A DNA stretch of 62,279 nt, filler included, from Dimargaris cristalligena (lineage: Eukaryota), in the NCBI GenBank assembly GCA_003614675.1. It is 7 parts of 7 records of this genome, joined end to end, with 100 filler letters (N's around TTAATTAATTAA, not from the genome) between each part and the next. Parts side by side here need not be neighbours in the genome. Positions count along the whole stretch, not along the records: positions 44,589 to 53,389 come from ML003306.1; positions 53,490 to 62,279 come from ML003307.1; 5 more parts are not named here. One strand, written 5' to 3'. A program made the position numbers and the translations under genes. Below are positions 45,240 to 56,654 of the stretch, piece by piece (within the stretch, counting starts at the first letter, position 1; each line of letters starts with the position of its first letter). A model generated the notes under the pieces. The model worked only from the letters and a program-made list of their open reading frames with translations. It was not told the DNA's origin and made no database searches.

Positions 45240-47577
45240 GACTATTACATGTAATTGTTATAAAACATACATTATCGAATATATATCTTCTAATCGACTG
45301 TTTATCTTTTAGAATAGGAAGTGGCGTGGGCGAGGTTGAAACTGTTAACGGTCTTTTGGGTACGCGATTATAGATTCAGCTTTACAAGATTTAGTCGAAT
45401 TCATTGTAAATAAATAAATCATTGCTTGTTGAATCCACTATGGAACAGTCACCCTTGGAGACATCGTAGTAATCATAAACGGTATCTTGCCACTGGCCTC
45501 CACCTCCCAGGGACCATTGGCACTGTGGTGTCGGTTTTCCCGTTGGGATCCGCTACCCTCCCACCACCTGTTAGAACCACATCGAATCGTCCTATCTTCC
45601 CAAATGCCGATATCACACAAGCAGGCTAAAAAGAGCATTGCAATTTACAAATGGCTGAAAAGCCTGCAAATCATTGAAGTGGAAACCTACTGGAGAATAT
45701 ATATAAATGTCGATTGACTTAATGGTGTAGTTGCCAGTCCTAGGCGGATTAAGGCCTCTACAGGCAGGGATAATACCATTAGAGACCTAACTGCTAGGCT
45801 GCTGTGCATTATAGTTTCTCCCCATACAAACGTAGCTTAGTGTCGTGGTCAGACCAATAGCGCTGGCGGACCGGTTAACCATTAAGCGGTACTTTCTTGG
45901 AATTCAACTAAGGCTGAAATTGAACAACGAAATCCCCGAAAGTACTGTTCTTCGCCTAGTTTCCTAATTATATATATATTAATTCCTTTAAGACGCCGTT
46001 ACATAAACCCCGTTCCGTGGCACAATGTATAGTTTTGGGGATAGTTCAAGTATATTTTAACAGGAAATGCCACACTCACAGTATCAAGAGTCGTCAATAT
46101 TGGTAGATTTCTCTTAGTATTGTGTACTCGTCTTTACATGGCAAAATAGCATTACGAATCCTTCATAACAGAATTCGGTTTTTAGTTTTCCGAAACAATG
46201 CCATTTCTGGCAGTGGCATTAAATCTTGTTGAATGGGGCTTTCTGGGATTATACCTCGAAGCAACAAGAGCAATACATTAATACACGGTCATTTTATCAC
46301 AATGAAGGAGTGGAAGAAAAGGAATAGTGCACCAACAAGGGAATAGCCGTATAGGAAAGAAAAACAGTGTGGAAGAAGGGATAAAGGGTAATATTATACA
46401 CGATGTTTTTTTACTAGACGAAGTTATAGGGACAATGTCAGTGCTACTCCCGACTGCTCGAGGCGCGGGTGTGGTGCCTTTCAGGTTAATTGGATGTATC
46501 TATAAACGGGCGGAGTTCACCATCGTCTATGAAGACCTAACATCTCCTGGGAATAGATAAGTACAGGAAATTGGCACTTTTAATAGCATCAGGCCTGCGG
46601 CCTTCATATTGGGCTTAGTTGGAAGGGTAAACCCATTGTCAGGCCTAATCGTTAATAGATAATACTATTGCTATTAATGTGCGAAAAAGTCCACCTAAAT
46701 CGTCAGCTGCTATATTTCCTTTAATGGCAAGAGGGATTTAATGTCTGAAGCAGATCTACGGATAACAATGCGCATTTAGGAGTAGAATGCCTGCCTTCCA
46801 TAAGGCCAAGGTCAGTCGTAATGACTATGGCTTGGCTGTTCCGTAAGAAGTACCTGCTATAGTTTCTGTGGTGGGAGTCTTCCTTTGGTTTTCATGACTT
46901 TGTTAGGCTATAGCACGCTCCTTACCAGACTGGGTGGTTTGTTTCCCCAAACTATATAAGCCGTGGTACTCCCTTATCCTATATTTTTCAATGAACTATC
47001 CGATATAACCATAATTTACAACATTATGCTATTCCTTAAAACTATCAAATCAACCAAGAAGGGTCGGCCCAGTAGGGATTATCCTACTGCTGATCCGAAA
47101 GCGCCAATCATAAAGCCCATCAAATGGGCTTTTGATAAGGTAAGTACTACTTTCATCTTTTACTTTTTTGGTATATATATTTAGTGTGCAGATTAGATGT
47201 ACCAGCTATGGTATTTATACTATTTTTATGATATACAGTCGGTCGTAGTAATATATCAAAAGCCGACACACTCTAATTTACTTACAGCCTTATCAAAGAA
47301 TGTGGTAATGCAATGGTGGCGCTTGGCTTCTATGCGAGTATAAAGCCCACATTTCATTATTCTGATTTTTTAACAAGTAGTTTCCAAATGAAATTCCTAT
47401 GAATTATTTTGGACCTATTGTATTATATGTAGGCTACTTTCTAACTATCTGTTGCCATATTCTCGCATTTTCCCCTAATCTGCCAATGTCTAGATTAAAA
47501 AGATATTTGGGCCGCGCAAATAAATGGCCCTACCACGTCACTAAGATTCTCTTCGTCCCACCCCTCATCCCCCTGCC
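45240..47577 (+). repeat. Diverged ~2.3-kb direct duplication, copy 1 (copy 2 at ~50160-52497)
   Basis: Alignable throughout. Near-identical blocks include 46500-46800 vs 51420-51720 and 47230-47400 vs 52150-52320. Boundaries are approximate. Confidence 0.9.
47026..47308 (+). CDS. Novel micro-protein, paralog 1 (exon 1 47026-47139; best acceptor gives exon 2 47288-47308; 44 aa)
   Basis: TATA box (TATATAA) ~70 bp upstream, GTAAGT donor, CTAAT branch point + TTACAG acceptor. Differences from paralog 2 in the conserved part are mostly synonymous. Confidence 0.65.
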
Positions 47578-48380
47578 AGCAACTTTGGCAATACATTGGG
47601 ACTATTTCTTCTAACCTGGCGGCTGGACGCAATTCTACTAGGGTTAATGTGGCACAACCCTTGGCCAATAATAGCATGCCTTGGGATAACCACAACTAAG
47701 GGGCCGGTGTGTCAGGCATATGGCACCCCCAGGCATCATGTACCCATTATACTGTAAAGGCCCACATGGTCATTTAAACGGTTTGTGGAACAACTAGTAG
47801 AATGGGATACCGTGCCCTCATTATTTCTTTTCAACATAAACAGCTCCTGCCTCCTCATAGTAATAATATAGGGAGGAATTACTGACAACTACCTAATAAT
47901 GGCCATAAATGATAGAACTAGAGCCGACTACATAAAGAGTATTCTGATTACCTCACCAATGTCTCATTAGTTTGCTAGTTCTCCCATTACTACCATATCA
48001 CTTCACTTACATCTTATTTGCTATATCTCCTTAATAAAATACTTCTCTTTCATGCTTATTTAATATGGCCAAGTAGTCAGAGCCAGCCCCTTCTCACTTG
48101 TCTTCTTTTTGGATATAACTTATCATTGTTTTAATTACCTCAGGATATTGATTTGCCTGTTGCAATTATCATCCCTACTTGCACATTTCCTAGTATACTG
48201 ATTTTTACCAGTTCTTGGCTAACTATAGCGTCCATACAGCACATATTGTGATAGTACATGTTCCCACAGTATTCCTACACCCTATCTTAAAAAAATAAAC
48301 ATTTTTATCAAAATCTGGTCTCAATTAGAGGTGAATCTGTACCTTTACTATTATCAAGAAATAGTTATAATTATGGTAAT

Positions 48381-48962
48381 TGTCACCTGGGTTAACTACT
48401 CTTAGTCCATTAAGAGTCCCAAGGATAGGCTTCTAACAGTAGGCAGGGCTTAGACTTGGCCAAGTGGGCTACTAGTGTTAGGATGGGGGTGTAGTACTAA
48501 CCAGAAAAGGATAATGCAGGTAAATGTCAGGGACGTGCAGCAGGTACACTTACTAGTCAGTACAAGGGGGGTGAGCATATAGAGTTTATTAGGGTAAACT
48601 GGGGGATAGGAATAAGCTAAGGAATTGAACCAGTCCCAGTGGGGCCTGGTTATATATATGTGGGGACAGCTCCAGAGGGAGGTCCCAAGGGAAATACTAC
48701 TATGACTAAGGTGTAGATAAGTAAAGACTCTGACTGGATGGCTTTGCATTAGGAAGACTCTCATGGGAACTGGAAGAGTCTTAGATTAGCGAGTTGAGTA
48801 TTTGGAGTGCAAAGTATTGGGGTTGAATGAGTGGGGTTACATAATAAAGGATAACCCCATAGTACTGGGGGGTGACTATGGGAGGGTTAATATGATACTA
48901 TAAGGCCTAATAAGGTCAGGTAATTATTAAGTCCAGATTAAGTCAGATTAGGAGGGCTAATA
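48381..48962 (-). mobile_element. Solo LTR (582 bp), family B, 5-bp TSD GTAAT
   Basis: GTAAT|TGTCACC...GGGCTAATA|GTAAT; reverse homolog of 49267-49853 and 53678-54257. Confidence 0.88.
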
Positions 48963-49266
48963 GTAATGTTAGAAGAAGTTAACAATACTAACAATGGGTT
49001 CAGCAAAGTATGCCCAAAAGATACTTCCCCATAATATAGCCAGATGGTAATTTTCCAAGCTGTATCTCCAAATAGCCAGCAATTGAAAGGCAATTCCTTA
49101 GTAAATTATATGTGCATCTATCTACCTATCCTAATAGGGTAGCTCCTTATTCCTTGGACTTACTAAATAAGAATTGATTCCTTACTTTCTAGTTCTATAT
49201 TACATACCTTAATTTACTGTGATTTCCATTTATTTAAAAAAATATTTTACAATATTTAGATGATGC

Positions 49267-49853
49267 TATTAGACCTTCTAATCTGCCTTAATCTAGGTAT
49301 ATTAGCATACATTTCTATTAGGCCTTAGAGTACTATATTAACCTTCCTATGACTATACCCAGTACCATGGGATCACCCTATATCATATAACTATCCCCCC
49401 TCTAGACCTTACTATTTTACACTAATCACTTAAGTGCTGATCCAAAGACTCTTCCAGTTACCATTAGAGTCTTCCAGACCCTTATAGCCATCCTGTTGGC
49501 CTATTTACCTTACTCTAGTCTTAGTAGTATCCTTCTCTTAGGACCTCCCTCTGGAATTATCCCTATGTATATATAACTGGGTCCCACTGGGACCAGTTTG
49601 AGGCCCTAGTTTATTTTCACCCCCCCCTAATTTACCCCAATAAACTCTATATATACCCACTCCCCCCCATATTAACTAGTAAGTATACTCACTGTATATC
49701 CCTTGCCTATACCTACATTAGTAGCCTTTATTAGTTAGTACTATACCCCTACCTGATGCTAGTGTCCTACTTGGCTGAGTCTGAGCCCTACCTACTATCA
49801 GAAGCCTATCCTCGGGGCTCATAATTGACTAAGAGTGTTTAACCTAGGTGACA
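49267..49853 (+). mobile_element. Solo LTR (587 bp), family B, 5-bp TSD GATGC
   Basis: GATGC|TATTAGACC...CTAGGTGACA|GATGC, with internal TATATATAA and AATAAA signals. Confidence 0.88.
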
Positions 49854-50159
49854 GATGCTAACTTAGTTAATGCAAATTTAACCCAGTAATAGGATTAATG
49901 ATCCCACCAAAACCATTTACAGAAAATTCAACCACTGAGTCCATAATTGGTTCAATTACATAGGCTATCTATGGCAAAGGATACCTCATAGGTAATTGTT
50001 TAAAAACCTCCAAAGGTATTCATTATAGTTTATAGTCCACTGTATTTAAGTCTTTTGGTACTGATCTCAAACCTGGGAAGAATATTCATGAGCACAATCC
50101 CTAACAGAAGACTGAGTCAGAGTATAGTATTCAACTATATATAGTTACTACTCTGGTGT

Positions 50160-52497
50160 ATGCCTATGAATTATTATATATACACATGTTTTCGAGCATA
50201 TATCTTTTAAAATAATTATCTGTCTATAATGTCGGCAAGGAATCATCAAGGAAAAAGCTGAAACTAACTATGATTTCTTCAGTGCGGCATTTTTGACTCG
50301 GCCTTGCCGGATTTTGTCAAATTCATTATATATAAATAAACTACTGCTTGTTGTATCTGTTGTGGGTCATTCACCCATTAGAGGCATCACAGCCATCATA
50401 AACGACATCTTCCCACCAGCCCCCACCCCCCAGGGGCCACTGGTATTTTGGGCCAATCTCCTTGTCGGGATATGTCAGCCCCCCACCTGCAAGAACCACA
50501 TTGAATCTTCATATCCTCCCGTGTCCCGGCATCACACAAGCAGCCCTATAAGGGTAATTCAATATATAGCGACCGCAAAGCCTGGTTAGCGTTGAAGTGA
50601 AAACCCTAATGAATAGCACATATATAAATCGATTAACTTGATGGTACAGTAACCAGCCCTAAGTTGATTTAGGCCTCTACAGGGAGGAATAATACCGTTA
50701 GGGACCTAATTGTCTGATGACCATGTATTATAGCTACTTTCTAAACAACATTAATGGATTTTTATGGTCAAATCGGTAGTAACGGCGGACCAGTTAATCA
50801 TTAAGTGACTTTTTTTGGAATTCGACTATGGCTGAGGTTGAACAACGAAGTCCCCGCAAGTATTGTTCTTCGTCTAGTTTCCTTAATATATATATATATT
50901 AATCCCTTTAAGACATTGTTCCATAAAACCCCATTCCATGGCACAGTAATGCCTAGTTTCGGGGATATTTCGAGTAGATTTCAACAGAAAATGCCACAAT
51001 CACGGTGTCAGGAGCCATCAATATAGGTATATTTCTCTTAGTATTGTGTGCCCGTCTATAAATGGCACAATAGCAATATATATCCTTCATGCCATAATTC
51101 GGTTTTTGATTTTCCGAAACAGTGCCGTTTCTGGTAGTGGCATTAAATTCTGCTGAATGGGGCTTCCTGGGACTATACCTCGAAGCAATAATAATACATT
51201 TATACACGGTCATTTTATCACAATGAAGGAAAGGGCGAAAAGGGGTGATGCAGCCAACAAGGGAATAGACATATAGGAAAGTGAAATAGTATGGAAGAGG
51301 GGAGGTGGGTTAATATTTTGCGCGTTGTTTTTTAACCAGACGAAGTTATTGGGACAACGTCAGTGCTTCTCTTGACTGCTCGGGTCGTGGGTGTGGTGCC
51401 TTTCAGGACAATTAGATTAATCTATAAACGGGCGGAGTTCACCATCGTCTACGAAGACCTAACATCTCTTGGGTATAGATAAGTACGGGAAATCGGCACT
51501 TCTAATAGCACCAGGCCTGCGGCCTTCATATTGGGCTTAGTTGGAAGGGTGAACCCATTGTCAGGCCTAGTCGTGAATAGATAATACTATTGTTATTTAA
51601 TGTGCGAAATAGTCCAAGTCTATAAGGTCAGCTGCTATATTTTCTTTAATGGCAAGAGGGATTTAATGTCTGAAGCAGATCTACGGACAATAATTCTCAT
51701 TTAGGTATAGAATGCCTGCCTTCCATAGGGCCCAGGCCAGTCGTAATGACCCTGGCTTAGCTGTCCCATACAAGGTATCTGCTGTACTATATGCGGTGGG
51801 AGTTTTCCTTTGGATTTCATGACGTTAGGCTTTAACACCCTCTTCACTGGGCCAGGTGGTTTGTTTTCCCAAACTATATAAGCTGTGGTTTTCCTTCTCC
51901 TAAAATTTTTAATAAATCACCCGATATTGCCCTTTTTTACAATAACATGGCGTTAACAATCAATTCTACTCCCAAGAGGGATAATCGACCTGGAAGGGAT
52001 TATCCCACCGCCAACCCGATCGCACCAATCATTAAGCCCATCAAATGGGCTTTTGACAAGGTAAGTATTATTTAGATATTATTTTTTTGGTATATATATT
52101 TAGTGTGAAGATTGAATGGACCAGCTTTGGTATTTATACTACATCTAAGATATACAGTCGGTTGTAGTAATATATCAAAAGCCGACACACTCTAATTCAC
52201 TTACAGCCTTATCAAAGAATGTGGTAATGCAATGGTGGCGCTTGGCTTCTATGCGAGTATAAAGCCCACATTTCATTATGCTGATTTTTTAACAAATGGT
52301 TTCCAAATGAAATTCCTATAAATTATTTTGGACCTATTGTATACCATGTAAACCATTTTCTAACTCTCTGTTGCCATATTCTTGCATTTCCCCCTACTCC
52401 ACCAATGTCTAGATTAAGAAGATATTTGGGCTATGCAAATAAATAGCCCTACTATATCACTGGGATTCCCTTCATTATACCTACATCCCTCTGCCTG
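50160..52497 (+). repeat. Diverged ~2.3-kb direct duplication, copy 2
   Basis: Homologous to 45240-47577; boundaries are approximate. Confidence 0.9.
51947..52227 (+). CDS. Novel micro-protein, paralog 2 (exon 1 51947-52060; exon 2 52207-52227)
   Basis: MALTINSTPKRDNRPGRDYPTANPIAPIIKPIKWAFDK|PYQRMW*. Same exon-1 length (114 nt), TATA box and splice signals as paralog 1. Confidence 0.65.
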
Positions 52498-53677
52498 TGA
52501 TTTTGTTAATGGATCATGACCAAGCCATCAGAGCCAACCCCCACCCACTCATCTTTACTTTTAGCCTAACTATAGTAACAGTAACTACCCTGAGATATAC
52601 ACTGCCTGTTGAAATTCTTCCCCTCCATCTCATATCCTGGTATACTTTATAACACATCTATTCTCCACTGGTTGATTGACCATTAGCCTAGAGCTTGTTA
52701 ATACTGCACCACCAGGGGCACCCAACACTAATCAGGCATCCTCTGAAACTGGGGACTCAACCAGAATGTCACAGGTACCCTTTGTACCCATGAATGTTAA
52801 ACCCTCAGATGATACTACAAGGGAGCCAACTGGGAAAATCCATACTGCAGCAACACTTGGCACATTGTCAGGAAGTCCTACTTGGTCACTCAAGGACACT
52901 GCAACCATGACCCCCTCTTAGAATACTAGTCCTATGGACTAACTACCTACCATCCTTGGCTAATATGCTTAGAAGTACTATCAGGATTATTAGTTTCTTC
53001 AGTGTAGACACAAACCACCAGTCTACCATAATAGTGGCCCTTAGATGACAATAATCCTACTCACCTCCTAATACAACACAATCACTGATTATATATTTTA
53101 TGTCCAGTCCATCAATGTGTAGTGCCATCCAGAGGTCAGCACTTATCCCCGGACTATGGATAGCCAGTCCTCATTGTCAGAGGGTGAAATATGCCATGAC
53201 ATGCAATGGTGGTATCACTCCCACCATTTACTCACAAAATATATATAAATATATATATATATTGTGGTAAACTTACCACATTTTTACCTACTTTTATTTT
53301 TTATCTATTTTTCGCACTTATCGGAAGTACGCCCCTGACGAGTGAATGAGCCCCTGCCCCTGCCCCTGACGAGTATGGTCATTTTTCCTNNNNNNNNNNN
53401 NNNNNNNNNNNNNNNNNNNNNNNNNNNNNNNNNTTAATTAATTAANNNNNNNNNNNNNNNNNNNNNNNNNNNNNNNNNNNNNNNNNNNNGATGCATACAA
53501 AAGCTGTTGGGAGGGGAAACCTGGAACAGCAGGGCCAAGCTAACTGCCAAAATTACAACTTTCCACTAATGCTCAGCCAGCTTAAGTATAACTACCATGG
53601 TAGGGGTGGTGCCAGTGAAAGGCTTCTCCGTGGCTTGAAAATAATCTGAAAATATAAAAAAATATGGGGCTAACAGG

Positions 53678-54257
53678 TGTCAGCCCTTCTAATCTGACAA
53701 ACTGGATTTTATGCCATCTGTCCTTATTAGGCCTTATAGCACCATATTAACCTTCCCATAGTCACCTCTGGTACTATGAGATTAACCTATATCATATAAC
53801 TGTTCCCCTTCCAGACTCCTTATTTCACACTAATCACTCTGGTGCCAATCCAAAGACTCTTCCAGCTACCATCAGAGTATTCTGGATACCCATGGCCATC
53901 CAGTTGGCCTATTTACCTTACCTTAGTCTTAGTAGTATCCTTCACTAGGGACCTCCCTCTGGAGTTGTCCCTGCATATATATAACTGGGCCCCATTGGGA
54001 CTTATTAAATTCCTTAACTTATTCTTACCCCCTAGTTTATCCCAATAAACTATATATACACCCACTCCCCTTTTATTGACTAGTAAGTATACTTGCCATA
54101 TGTCCCTTATTTATACCTGCATCTGGTAGCATTTATTAGTTAGTACTGTGCCCCTACCTAGTGCTAGGACCTGCTTGGCCGAGCCTAAGCCCCATCTACC
54201 ATTAGAAGCCTATCCTTGGGACTCTTGATGGGCTAAGAGTAGTTAACCTAGGTAACA
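53678..54257 (+). mobile_element. LTR (580 bp), family B, TG...CA ends, no clear TSD
   Basis: TGTCAGCCCTTCTAATCTG...AACCTAGGTAACA; aligns with the two solo LTRs on the previous contig. Confidence 0.82.
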
Positions 54258-55007
54258 CCCCTTGAAACTGATCAAGCCCAACCCTCTGTACCACTTGACC
54301 AAGAAAGGTGAACTGTCTGGGGACAGCAAACTGGGATTCCTCCCTCTACTAACCCTCTCAAGGATGTCCCTATGGAGCCCCTCAAAAGGTTAGCATTATA
54401 CTAGACATACATCCACTCTTTACTTTTGCTTTTATCATTTTCGTAGACCACAGAAAATGTGTATATTTTCCATTCTTATTTATATTGTATTGGATGGGTA
54501 ACATATGGATATATCACTAGTATTGTACTCATCTCCTCATGTTCTTGTTAATTGGTGTGCTGCTTGCTCAAATACATGAATTTGTTGAGTGGGCTCTTTG
54601 TATTCTTTATGGATTTCTGTCTGGATATACATGTTAAAAGGGATGGCATTCGGGAGCACTGATGTAAGAATATGGCTCTGCTATGGGTTTTTGAGCTGGC
54701 TAGCACAATGGTAAAAGGGGCTAAATACATTCAGTATGAAATACTGGCAGTGGGTGCAGTAGTAATAGTGTGGATGTGATCTAATACTAATCGACATTTG
54801 AGGATTTGCTTTACCCAGTATTTGTGGTTTAATTATGGTGAAACGCAAGGGTTACATGTTATTAAGGATTACATTGAACAGTTAGTCAGTGACCGCCATG
54901 GACAGTGCAACCATCCATTTATAAGCCAGATCCACATCCGGAATATGATAAAAAGAGTATGCTGCAAGATGATATTTTATTAGTGTTTGCCATTTACCAC
55001 ATGCAGA

Positions 55008-55283
55008 TGGGTGGAATTCAGTGCAGCTGTATAAGGTTTTGGATGATGTTGGTAAAATTTAGCTCAGCTATATAAGGGTTTGCATTACATGTATATGGGT
55101 GAATATATGGGAAATTCATTTTTAACTAGTAATATTGGCCTTATCTAATGGATTTTTTGTTATACAGCTTATATGAACTTCTCCCATATGCATATGGGAA
55201 AATATGAGAGACCCATTATTAACTAGTGGTTTTTGCCTTATCCAATGGACTTATTGTTTTACAGCCTGGCTAAAACTTTCCCA
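55008..55283 (-). mobile_element. MITE family A copy 4 (55008-55186, with duplicated end) and adjacent partial copy 5 (55195-55283)
   Basis: Reverse matches to the family, e.g. ACTAGTAATATTGGCC..GGATTTTTTGTTATACAGC..AACTTCTCCCA. Confidence 0.8.
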
Positions 55284-56516
55284 TATATTCCCTTTTGGCT
55301 CCCCTCAGAAACAATAAATTATATTAAACATTTACATATACCCCTTTTTTATGACCCAGTGGTGTAGTACCTACACCACATTACCCTGTTCCCCTTTTCC
55401 CATTTCCCCTCTTTCCTTTTTCTTTCTATGTTCATTCCCATTATTCCCATAATCCATTGTCCTTCCTTTCCTTCCTTTTGCTAAGCCTTTCCCATGACTT
55501 GGCTTAGCCCAATTGGTCCATAATTCCATCTTATTCATGAGTCACCTTGCTGATAACTAATGAACTATTTTCCCTCTTGCTTTCCACTTTGATCATTAAA
55601 TATAAGTAAACTCTTGTCTGCCCCTCTTGGAAGGACAGGTAACCTTAGCTTATACAATTCTTCCTTGATTCCATTGACCCCTTTGACCCCTTACTTTGGA
55701 GTATCTCAATATCACCTTGGCTTCAGGTGACTATTTAACTCTTTAACAATTTGGTTATTTTGGCACTTTAGTGGTAAATCAAGGCAATACTATATTAAAG
55801 TCCATGCAGGAGATTTTTTAGCACAGTGCTAGGAGTTGCCACTGTCAAACTTATCAATAATGAACATGTGATAAAATTAATTTAGGGGTACCTGACTCAT
55901 AGGTACTATCTGGGAGTGAGTGTATAAAGATATATTGAGATCAACTAGATGAGTGTAGGCTAATGAATAACTTTCCATGGCCTCTTTAAGCACTGATATG
56001 TATGGTCAATGTCAAATAGTTGTCCAGAATAGTATTGGCAGCACTGTAAGGTATATACCATTATATAGAGGGGTTGGTGGAGTCCATTGGGTATCAGTCA
56101 GGAACTGATAAATGGGCACAATAGCACTGGGAGTTGCCAAGGGAGAAAGACTATGGCAATGTAATGGCCTATTCAAGTAAAGCCTAGGGCTCAGAGGCCT
56201 GGTCAAAATAGAGCCAACTAGCTTACACAATAGTTGGTAAGAGAAGTGATTACCTTGTTACTTTCAATGGCATTGGGAAGGGTATTGTTTTGAGCAGGGC
56301 AAAATGTAGCATATACCAAGAGATAATATACCTGTTAAAGACTATTGCCACACAATCTTTTTACCAGCCCATTTTTTTTGCTTGGCAACATGAGCAGATT
56401 CCTTTGCCTTCTCAGTGACTCTTTCAGCTTGGGTCTTGGGTATACTCTTGCTAACCAAACTACCATACAATGCACTAAGATTGGTTTGAGATAATGTCAG
56501 GCTAAGCTGGTAGATA

Positions 56517-56654
56517 TGGGAGAGGTTCAACTGAGCTGTATAACAAAAAATCCATTGGATGAAGTGAATATTACTGGTTAAAAATGAGTCTCCCATATAT
56601 TATCCCATACAGTTATCATTTAAAACCTTATACAGCTGGGCCGAATTTCACCCA
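56517..56654 (+). mobile_element. MITE family A copy 6
   Basis: TA|TGGGAGAGGTTCAACTGAGCTGTATAA...TTATACAGCTGGGCCGAATTTCACCCA|TA. Confidence 0.85.

Noticed and set aside
50953-51213. 86-aa minus-strand ORF in duplication copy 2
   Set aside because: The homologous frame in copy 1 has a stop at codon 5 and further stops, so there is no coding conservation.
52498-53218. CpG-poor segment starting TGTGAT that interrupts duplication copy 2; possible second LTR family
   Set aside because: No intact CA end, no TSD and no second copy in the window.
53330-53375. Short direct repeats GCCCCTG/GCCCCTGACGAGT
   Set aside because: Too short and cut by the contig end; not a CRISPR array and not assignable to any element.
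8908-53489. Regularly spaced TTAATTAATTAA palindrome within N runs
   Set aside because: Artificial contig-joining linker, not a biological repeat. Apparent gene neighbourhoods across it are meaningless.
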